From positions 1 through 52,889 of the IMG/VR virus record IMGVR_UViG_3300006754_000026: a stretch of DNA of 52,889 nucleotides. One strand, written 5' to 3'. Every line of letters begins with the position of its first letter. Positions within the stretch are counted from its first letter, which is position 1. Source of the stretch: a virus (Duplodnaviria; Caudoviricetes). The notes beneath the pieces were generated by a model. It was given only the letters and a program-made list of their open reading frames with translations, made no database searches and was not told where the DNA came from. Both the position numbers and the translations under genes were made by a program. This document shows positions 7,349 to 15,301 of this stretch, piece by piece.

Positions 7349-10300
7349 TTACTGCTGAACGAATGCATAACCTTCCTTTTTATCAATGGTGACTTGCATG
7401 TCTACACAGTCTTTTAAAGAATCCACATGAGAAATCAATAAAACTGTTTTAAAATATGATTTGATTAAATCTAAGATATCAATAAAGCCTTGCATATTTT
7501 CTTCGTCCAAAGCAGTCCCCGGCTCATCCAGAACGAAAATATCGGATTTTGGTAAACTCGAAACTGATAGGAGTGCCAATCGGATAGCGACCGCAGCGAT
7601 GGTTTTTTCAGCGCCGGAACCCATTTCCAGCGGGCGCGGATTATACTCTGCATGCTTAATAAAGATATTCAATCTTTTTCCATCATCCTCAAAGAAGACT
7701 TCGAAATCGACAATATTAGCCAAGATTTTAGCTATTTCTTCATTAATAACCGGAAGTCTTTTTTTGATAATGTCGTAGGCTATCCCATTTGGATGCAGAC
7801 ATCGCAAGTAAAGATCATAAGCCGCATATTCATCGCGCAAATCCATAAACTGTTGCTGTTGTTCTTTTATATTTTCTATTTTTTGTTCATAAGAGCCGAT
7901 TGTTTTATAGAGAGTCAACACTTCCTCTTGACACCCCTCATATAAACGTTGTAATTTGGTCGCCTCCCATTTAAGAGATTTTTTTGTTTTGATCAAACTT
8001 TCTAAGTTTTCAATAGCGTCTTTATTAAGTTCATATTCGGATACCTTCTCTTCAAGCAACATTATTTGGCTCATCAAATCTTTGATAATGGAAGAATTCT
8101 TTTCTACCCTCAAATCAGCATTGGTTATATCATTAGAAAGTATATTTTTCTTCTCCACTACTTGATTATATTTAGCGATATGTTCCTCGACTCTTTCTGG
8201 ATTAATCACTGCTACTTGATCAGACAAATCTTCAATAGAGTCTTCAAAAATTTCAATTTTTTGTTTATTGCTTGGAATGGTGGCTTTCGAAACATATGCA
8301 TCTTTAATAAATTTACACGTAGGAAACTCGGTCCCACATGGGATTCCATTTAACAGTTGAACACGATTTCTATTGCGATCCAATTCCTCTTCTTCTTTAT
8401 GTAGTCCAGCCTCTAATACTTCTAATTCAGCCACCATTTCATCAATTTCGTATTGTTCTTCATATAAACTTTTAATGTCAAAATTTTCAATAAAATCAGT
8501 AATTTTTTGATATTGTAGTTTCTTTTCGTCGCGATCTAAAAGCAACGTTTGATTCGCATCCGATAAAGAAACTATTTGGTTCCTTTTGTCTCGCAAATCC
8601 CCCCTCACGGTGACCACATCAATGATTTCGGCTGGGATAGATTCAATTTGGGCAGTAATATCCTCTCGTTGTTGGTTTTTTTCTTTAATGGAGAGGTCAT
8701 ATTTATTGCAAGCGTTTTGTTGTTTGGTAAGTTTTGCATTATAATCCTCCAGATCGAGTTCGGCAGCGATTATTTCTTCATCATAGGCGCGCCCCTCCAA
8801 TTTATTGAGGGCGCCCCTTGTGTCAGCTACAGACTCCTTTGCTAATTTAAATTTCTTGTCAAAAAACTCCAAATCAAGGAATTTGGCTAAAATTTCTTTT
8901 CGGCGCGTGGAACCCTCACTAATAAATGCTAAGGCTCCCAACTGAGAAGACATTGAAGAAAAAAGAAAGTCATCCAATGTTCCGAAAGTTTTTCGAATGT
9001 TTTTATCAGTCTCATTTCGCGTGAGGCCGTTCAATGGTTGGATATGATCTACGGATGCGTTATACATCTTAAAATCCACATTCGTGCGTGCTTCTTCAGT
9101 CACGATGCCTTTGAGTTTACGCGTGTATTTTTCCGATTCTCTCTCGACAAAATAATCGTTTTCCCCAATAGAGATTTTTATTCGACCTCGTCCGGTGCCC
9201 CTGTTCTGATTAATAATATTTAAGTTCTTCCTATCATTTTTAGAAGTCGAGTTAAAAATGGTATATAAAATTGAATCAATTATGCTAGATTTGCCCGAAA
9301 AGTTCTTTCCGAAGATACCAACGATTCCATTCAAATTATCAAAATTAATAGAGTTTCCCTCTCCATAGTTAAAAAGATTATCCCATTCAATTTCTCGCAA
9401 TTTCCAATTAATATTACGAGAGACCTCTTCATTCTCCTCGGCTAGTTGATTATATTTCAAGTTTAACTGTTGAACTTTCTTTAATAAATTTTCCGATGGC
9501 TCATAATCTTTCAAATATTCGTTTATCAAATCTTCTTGAACAGTAATATCGCGGAGATCCTCTGTCTGTAATCCTGATGCTAGTTCATTCACAGTCCCAT
9601 GGTCGCCTGCTGCACGATTTAGGAAAGTAACACTCTGCGGTTGAAATTGACTTTTCGCAATTTCAATAGCTTTTCGCATTACATTGAGTGGAAGGTTATT
9701 ATGAGATACAAGACGCAAACGAGCGTTAGGGGGAAGATGTGTGTTGGGGGGCAGTTTCCCCTTAGAGGTTAAATCAATAGTAATAAACGGGCGGGGATTA
9801 TCGATCTGAATATGTCGGCAAGTAAAGTCTTGTTTACTATCGATTTCCCAAATTAAGAAGCCTTTATCATTGGTTTCTCCAAAGTTTTGTTGAATGGTCG
9901 AGCCAGGATAACGAATATATCCTTTTTCATCTAAACATTGATTGGTCTTGTGAATGTCCCCCAAAAATCCATAATCTAAACCTTCAAAAATTTCCACAGG
10001 ATGGTCGCCATGTTGCATGATCCAACCGGTATCGGTTTTAACACCCGAGATAGAGCCATGATATAAAGCAATATTCACTTTGCTCAAATCACTTGGCGTG
10101 ACCCAATTGTCTTCATCGAAAACTGACAATATATTTAACACAAACTTCCCGTCTAGCTGGACTTCTCCAGAATTCTTCAACAAATGAAGATTACGGTGAT
10201 TCAAGGCTTCCACAATGGGAGTTAAAGCATCCTGACGACTGGAATTTTTTAAATTCCCGTCATGATTACCCAGAATTATATATGTGGGTGCAATATCCGC

Positions 10301-10501
10301 CAAACTTCGGAAGAAGTTTGTACACATCTCCACGAATTCGGGACTGATTTGCGTTTTTGTATGAGCTATATCACCGCAATGGATGATATAATCTACCTTT
10401 TCGTCTTTCAATGTTTGATACAATTTGTCAAACACTATTTTATATTCGTAATGATATTTTAAATTACGAATGTGCGTATCTGCAATATGTGCAAATTTCA
10501 C
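7349..10501 (-). CDS. Fused SbcD/Mre11 nuclease - SbcC/Rad50 ATPase (gp47-gp46-like recombination nuclease)
   Basis: Metallophosphoesterase motifs DTH, GDIAH, GNHD, GDIH; Walker A GKNFSGKS; long coiled coil; signature-like GSGAE; Walker B VLDEP; H-loop ISH. GTG start with AGGAG RBS. Confidence 0.93.
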   Translation of the reverse strand: MKFAHIADTHIRNLKYHYEYKIVFDKLYQTLKDEKVDYIIHCGDIAHTKTQISPEFVEMCTNFFRSLADIAPTYIILGNHDGNLKNSSRQDALTPIVEALNHRNLHLLKNSGEVQLDGKFVLNILSVFDEDNWVTPSDLSKVNIALYHGSISGVKTDTGWIMQHGDHPVEIFEGLDYGFLGDIHKTNQCLDEKGYIRYPGSTIQQNFGETNDKGFLIWEIDSKQDFTCRHIQIDNPRPFITIDLTSKGKLPPNTHLPPNARLRLVSHNNLPLNVMRKAIEIAKSQFQPQSVTFLNRAAGDHGTVNELASGLQTEDLRDITVQEDLINEYLKDYEPSENLLKKVQQLNLKYNQLAEENEEVSRNINWKLREIEWDNLFNYGEGNSINFDNLNGIVGIFGKNFSGKSSIIDSILYTIFNSTSKNDRKNLNIINQNRGTGRGRIKISIGENDYFVERESEKYTRKLKGIVTEEARTNVDFKMYNASVDHIQPLNGLTRNETDKNIRKTFGTLDDFLFSSMSSQLGALAFISEGSTRRKEILAKFLDLEFFDKKFKLAKESVADTRGALNKLEGRAYDEEIIAAELDLEDYNAKLTKQQNACNKYDLSIKEKNQQREDITAQIESIPAEIIDVVTVRGDLRDKRNQIVSLSDANQTLLLDRDEKKLQYQKITDFIENFDIKSLYEEQYEIDEMVAELEVLEAGLHKEEEELDRNRNRVQLLNGIPCGTEFPTCKFIKDAYVSKATIPSNKQKIEIFEDSIEDLSDQVAVINPERVEEHIAKYNQVVEKKNILSNDITNADLRVEKNSSIIKDLMSQIMLLEEKVSEYELNKDAIENLESLIKTKKSLKWEATKLQRLYEGCQEEVLTLYKTIGSYEQKIENIKEQQQQFMDLRDEYAAYDLYLRCLHPNGIAYDIIKKRLPVINEEIAKILANIVDFEVFFEDDGKRLNIFIKHAEYNPRPLEMGSGAEKTIAAVAIRLALLSVSSLPKSDIFVLDEPGTALDEENMQGFIDILDLIKSYFKTVLLISHVDSLKDCVDMQVTIDKKEGYAFVQQ

Positions 10502-10509
10502 TTTTTCTC

Positions 10510-11448
10510 CTAAGAGACATCGGAAAGAAGAGAAACAAGAATATCGTCTTCTTGAATAAAAGAAGCGGTGGATGATAAACGGTTAAACTCATCCTTCGAC
10601 ATTTCACCAACGTCTTCATATTCTTCTAAATCTAGTTCTCTTACTTCGATGCCATATTTTAATAGCAAACGTTTAATTTTAACTGCCTTCCATTTAGCAT
10701 CTTTGTCCAATGCTAAAAGAATGGGCGTATCATGCTTAATAATCTTCTTAAAAAGCAAAGAATTCTCTGATAATGTTGATCCCAAAATAGGAACGGCATT
10801 TCCAGCTTTCATAGCATCAAAGATGCCTTCGACAATCGTTATCTCTTTATCAAAATCCAAGTACAACTCATTAAAAATAATGTTGCGACTGGCTGCGGGG
10901 TTAAGATATTTAAAATCCTCCTCCGTAATAGATCGTGCAACAAAATAATTAGGATTCCCACTCTCATTAAAAGACGGAAAAATGACCCTATCCCGATATC
11001 GACCTTGCGAACAATAACCAATCTTCCATTGAAGAATATCTTTTTTATCAATTCCTCGGTTTTCTAGATATTTGGCCATGCGCTTTCCACGTTGGTCAAG
11101 TTTTTTACGGGTCAAGCTCTTAAAGTCCTTTGGAAGATCAACCACCTGGATAATCTCTTCCTCCTTTTGGGCCTCAAACAGGGTTTCAAAGAGGCTTAAG
11201 TCCTCTCTGGGCGCGCCCGTGAGGGCCCTCCAGCCTTCCTGGTCCTTGAAGGAGCCAAATCGCCTGACGACCCTATATAGGCTTCTTCCGCGCTGATTGC
11301 ATATCCAGCACTTGTAGACATTGCGCCTCAGATTGACAGAAAATTTTCTCTTTTCGTGCTTACAATAAGGGCAAAAGAACAAATGTTCGTCGTTCGTTTG
11401 ATAATGTGATCCAAGGATACGAGAGAGAATAGATAGCTTTTCATTCAT
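10510..11448 (-). CDS. DNA primase (DnaG/TOPRIM type)
   Basis: N-terminal Zn finger CPYC...CWIC, YLENRGI, RVIFP, TOPRIM motifs VEGIFD and LDKDA. Confidence 0.88.
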   Translation of the reverse strand: MNEKLSILSRILGSHYQTNDEHLFFCPYCKHEKRKFSVNLRRNVYKCWICNQRGRSLYRVVRRFGSFKDQEGWRALTGAPREDLSLFETLFEAQKEEEIIQVVDLPKDFKSLTRKKLDQRGKRMAKYLENRGIDKKDILQWKIGYCSQGRYRDRVIFPSFNESGNPNYFVARSITEEDFKYLNPAASRNIIFNELYLDFDKEITIVEGIFDAMKAGNAVPILGSTLSENSLLFKKIIKHDTPILLALDKDAKWKAVKIKRLLLKYGIEVRELDLEEYEDVGEMSKDEFNRLSSTASFIQEDDILVSLLSDVS

Positions 11449-11454
11449 ACTACT

Positions 11455-11483
11455 AATATAACATACTTCTGCGCCCTTGTCAA
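11455..11483 (-). promoter_or_regulatory. Sigma70-type promoter TTGACA-N17-TATATT with extended TG, upstream of primase
   Basis: -35 at 11483-11478, -10 at 11460-11455, spacer 17 nt, primase ATG 6 nt after the -10. Confidence 0.75.
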
Positions 11484-12001
11484 GTCTTTTTTAATCCCTC
11501 TTGTAAAATATATCCGGCGCGGGCGACAATAATAGCATCGGCAATATCGTAACAATATTTCTGAATATTGCCTTTTTTGGTATAAATAATGCCAAAATCT
11601 TCGTTATCTACGAAGTGCTTCATGACAATTTCTTTGGCTTTTTCGCCTCTCTTGATCTTAATCCCACATTTCGAGCGCGCTGTGATTGGGGTTACATAAT
11701 TCGGTTCCATATCATATATATTATAACATATCCAGGATACAATACCATTAAATCGTTGAAGAATTGACATAGTTTTAGCAGTTGAGCCTCCTCGGCGGAA
11801 AAACATAAGGGCTTGCTCGATATAAATGTATTCAATTTTAAAATCCTTCTTTATGTCTTTTAGGGCCGCTTCAACACGGTGTGCTTTCTCAAAAAAGTTT
11901 TTGATTTTTCTCAAATCTATATAAGCAGTGTGAACAATTTTATCATTTTCAAGAACACAAACACCAACGATGCTCGTACTAACATCTAATCCCAATATCA
12001 T
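11480..12001 (-). CDS. RuvC-like Holliday junction resolvase
   Basis: MILGLDVST, IYIEQ and DIADAI catalytic acidic motifs; 173 aa. Confidence 0.8.
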   Translation of the reverse strand: MILGLDVSTSIVGVCVLENDKIVHTAYIDLRKIKNFFEKAHRVEAALKDIKKDFKIEYIYIEQALMFFRRGGSTAKTMSILQRFNGIVSWICYNIYDMEPNYVTPITARSKCGIKIKRGEKAKEIVMKHFVDNEDFGIIYTKKGNIQKYCYDIADAIIVARAGYILQEGLKKT

Positions 12002-13236
12002 TAAAAATCCAACTTTAATTTGAAAGTATAATCTAGCTCTTCAGTTTTTTTAACTGGTGTGGCTATAGATGTGATGCCTATTAGGTTCCCCATATCATCA
12101 TAAATACCAATTTTAGAGATATAGGTGATTTTTTTAAAAGATCCAGTAGGGTCCGGGTAGGGAGTCTGAACAGTGTTTTTAATACTTAAATTGGGCTCGA
12201 TATAGGTATAGGCCCCCGTCAGTGGCAACATAGTTTGATCATGAGCCACATATGTAGGATTATTAGAATAATTAAATTCGGCCTTATCGGCATGGGCGAA
12301 TAATGTGACCGTAGGAATATATTGAGTGCCCTCGAATTCCATACGGAAGCTGGCGGAAGGTACACTTCCATGGGGTAATGGCCCCCCTGTGGTCGTTTCG
12401 TGACCACCCAATCCCGCACCAAAATAGACCCATGCTGATATTTCTGTGGAGGCGCCGCCTAAATAGTTACGTGTGACCCCGTTTTCGAGTGGCCAAGAAC
12501 CCGTCAATATCAAGAACCCTTGATTATAGAGAACCACACCCGCTACCGACCCGGAGCCCTGACTTTGAGCGTAAGGGGTTCCATCAACTTGAATTAACTC
12601 TCCATTTTGACGACTATCTTGTAGGCGCCCTATGAGCGTCCCGGAAATATAAAATTGCAAATCTACCGTCCCCTTCTTTATGGAGGACCCATAAAAAATA
12701 GAAGGAATGGAAATAAGAGACAAAGATTGCGTTCCCTTATTTCCCAAACTAGAAATAAAGGCATAATGAGAACTTAAAAATATATTATAATTTAAAGTAT
12801 TCTGTAATGCATACAAGTGGCTCCGGCGGTGGCCCGCTGTCCATACACGCGATGCTATATTATATACCCCGGCGCCAGGTAAAAAATATTCACGACTCAC
12901 CGATGCTTCAAGAGGATAGGAGCCAGTTAAAATATCCCCATATTGGAATCCCTCGACGAATTCGCTCGTGGAGATAGTTTTAAAGTTTGATAATGTCCCA
13001 TTTTTCACCAAGAAGGGATATATGAACCCTGTATCATCTTCATTCCGATCCACATTCAACTCATATAGAGAAATATAGCCCGTAGGGATACACGGTACAT
13101 TCGGCGCAAAGGCGCCCGATATGGCCCCGGCATTTTGGTAATATGTTTGACTATCATAGACATCCAGTTGGACGCTAGGATATGTTTTTACCGTATTATA
13201 AAAAATATCATTTGATGTAAATTTTTTAAGCGGCAT
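12001..13236 (-). CDS. Virion structural protein (baseplate/tail-fibre attachment-like C-terminus)
   Basis: EFNYSNNPTY...YISKIGIYD...PVKK...LKLDF C-terminus shared with 13252-14253; GGAGG RBS. Confidence 0.65.
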   Translation of the reverse strand: MPLKKFTSNDIFYNTVKTYPSVQLDVYDSQTYYQNAGAISGAFAPNVPCIPTGYISLYELNVDRNEDDTGFIYPFLVKNGTLSNFKTISTSEFVEGFQYGDILTGSYPLEASVSREYFLPGAGVYNIASRVWTAGHRRSHLYALQNTLNYNIFLSSHYAFISSLGNKGTQSLSLISIPSIFYGSSIKKGTVDLQFYISGTLIGRLQDSRQNGELIQVDGTPYAQSQGSGSVAGVVLYNQGFLILTGSWPLENGVTRNYLGGASTEISAWVYFGAGLGGHETTTGGPLPHGSVPSASFRMEFEGTQYIPTVTLFAHADKAEFNYSNNPTYVAHDQTMLPLTGAYTYIEPNLSIKNTVQTPYPDPTGSFKKITYISKIGIYDDMGNLIGITSIATPVKKTEELDYTFKLKLDF

Positions 13237-13251
13237 AAGAGCGCCTCCGTA

Positions 13252-14253
13252 TCAATAATCAAGTCGGACGCGGAGTGTCATCTCATTGGTGGGATCTTTT
13301 TTGAGAGGCTCGGAAACTTTGGCCACCGCCAATAGCTCGTTATCAGCTGAATAAAGTCCCACAGTAGTAATGTAAGAAACCGGATTGGAATCGCGGGTTT
13401 GTTTTACATTAATCCGGCTCCCACTCAAATAGGTGGGGTTAGAGGAATAATTAAATTCATTGTTGTTTACTCTGCAAAAATAAATAGTGGAATTGAGTTC
13501 TGTGGTATTATTAAAAAAGTTATTTTGCCAAATATGTCTCATATCATCACATGTCCCTGAGATATTCCACGGGTTACCTCCCACAGCGGCAACGGACCCA
13601 GTATAGAGAAGCGCGTTTTCGATAATATCGGTGGAGGCTGTGAGGACTGCGATGCCAGCCTGATAATAAATCAGCCCCACTCCAGACCCGGGGACGATGG
13701 GAGACGATGCCGTATAAAGTATTCCGTATTCACCTGCTGGGGAGTTGACCCGATATTCATTGGCCGCGCCATAATCTCCAATTGTAACTGTTCCGGGTGC
13801 TCCGTCATTTTTCAATGTGAGCGTATAAGATCCTTTCTTAATTTCATCTTTGGTTAATAGGCGCGCATAATTTATGAACACGCATGCTTCTAATTTATCG
13901 CCTCCGGTTAAGTCTCCGTCCCGGTCAAACCGAAGTACCGACCCAGTAAGGCTATATCCTACCAACACTTGTGCCATTTGATTATAAATATTAAGTTTTT
14001 TAGAGTTCATGGAATGGGCAGTATCATCATATTTGGCCGAGTACCCGTAAGTAAGATCAAAAATATGATTTGCGGATGAGCTTAAAATAGGATAATCATA
14101 CACACTTTGAAACATTCCGTGCGCGTAGTTCCTGATATTTAAATCATCATAGGTGCCCGATACGATGGTCCCAGTAATGGGGATTGCTTCATTAAGAAGA
14201 GTCCGAGTAGTTGCAACATCGTTGCTTAATAAGTTCTTATATACTGTAGCCAT
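13252..14253 (-). CDS. Virion structural protein, paralog of 12001-13236
   Basis: EFNYSSNPTY...YITTVGLYS...LLAVAKVSEPLKK...VRLDY. Confidence 0.65.
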   Translation of the reverse strand: MATVYKNLLSNDVATTRTLLNEAIPITGTIVSGTYDDLNIRNYAHGMFQSVYDYPILSSSANHIFDLTYGYSAKYDDTAHSMNSKKLNIYNQMAQVLVGYSLTGSVLRFDRDGDLTGGDKLEACVFINYARLLTKDEIKKGSYTLTLKNDGAPGTVTIGDYGAANEYRVNSPAGEYGILYTASSPIVPGSGVGLIYYQAGIAVLTASTDIIENALLYTGSVAAVGGNPWNISGTCDDMRHIWQNNFFNNTTELNSTIYFCRVNNNEFNYSSNPTYLSGSRINVKQTRDSNPVSYITTVGLYSADNELLAVAKVSEPLKKDPTNEMTLRVRLDY

Positions 14254-14277
14254 TCTTTAATCCTTCTGATTTTCCAA

Positions 14278-15222
14278 TTAATTTTTCTTTTTCACATAAC
14301 GAACCGGAATATCCATTCGATATCCAGTAGTAACACCTGTGATACGGACGTTACTATCAATAACATAGCAGTCTACGGTGCTGCCGCCCGCGATTGCGAT
14401 TGATTTTTCACTTCCTATCAAATTAAAATAATAGGTACTTGAAAGCAGATCCAAAGAAGCCTGGATTCCCATTTCAAAAATAGTTCCGCGTGGTCCTCGG
14501 ATTACCTGACTAGTTGTTTGGCCTGCTTGGCCATCGCCCCCGATTATTAAGATGGAATCATTGTCCGTGACAAATCGAGGATCTGTTCCTAATGATAAAT
14601 AGTAACTAGCCACCTGATCATCATCAATATAAGAAATGGTAGCTAGAGTATTCCCACTCTTATCCACAGCCTGACCCAATCGCGAATCCATTTCCACCAG
14701 ATATTGGGTTTCAACTAAACTAGCGTCTAAAGTCAAGCTCGGAGATACGCGCGCGGTGTCCAAACCCTGATCGACGCGGATGAAGGCCGAGACATCTTTT
14801 GGAGAGGAACCATTGATAAGGCCAGTGAAATCAGCCCCAAGGGCCGTGATAGTGTCAAAATCGACGCCCACATAAAAAACACCATCACTGTGCATTTTTG
14901 TAACAGTCAGGTTAGACACTTGGTTTAACATTAATATAGGCAAATAAAGAAGATTAGTACGCGGAACTGTCAACAGTTTAGAATGAAGCTGAGACATGTT
15001 ATTGGTAAAAGCCTCTAAGACGGGAGTTTGCATAATCTCCAAATCAAAATAAGCCGAACCACTAGGGTTAGTGTAATCATATAATTCATAATTGATTTCA
15101 TCATCTCCTAAAGCAAATTTTTGTATTTTGAAGGAGCCGTCTGCTTTTGCCAAGCGCATGCGACCCGTGTCAGTCAAAACGGCATCTAAAATGATGTCTC
15201 CGCTATTATCTAAAAAAGCCAT
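14278..15222 (-). CDS. Virion structural protein
   Basis: N-terminus ILDAVLTDTGRMRLA...FALGDDEINY resembles tail-fibre/baseplate N-terminal motifs; located in the structural module. Confidence 0.62.
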   Translation of the reverse strand: MAFLDNSGDIILDAVLTDTGRMRLAKADGSFKIQKFALGDDEINYELYDYTNPSGSAYFDLEIMQTPVLEAFTNNMSQLHSKLLTVPRTNLLYLPILMLNQVSNLTVTKMHSDGVFYVGVDFDTITALGADFTGLINGSSPKDVSAFIRVDQGLDTARVSPSLTLDASLVETQYLVEMDSRLGQAVDKSGNTLATISYIDDDQVASYYLSLGTDPRFVTDNDSILIIGGDGQAGQTTSQVIRGPRGTIFEMGIQASLDLLSSTYYFNLIGSEKSIAIAGGSTVDCYVIDSNVRITGVTTGYRMDIPVRYVKKKN

Positions 15223-15240
15223 AATATATTCCCTTTCTTC

Positions 15241-15251
15241 ATATAAATAGT
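15241..15251 (-). promoter_or_regulatory. Candidate phage late promoter (ACTATTTATAT)
   Basis: In a 79-bp AT-rich intergenic gap, about 20 nt upstream of ATG 15222. Confidence 0.55.
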
Positions 15252-15301
15252 ATGTTCTACATATAAGTGTTTAATTATTTTTTACCTTTCGCAGTTGTAA
15301 A

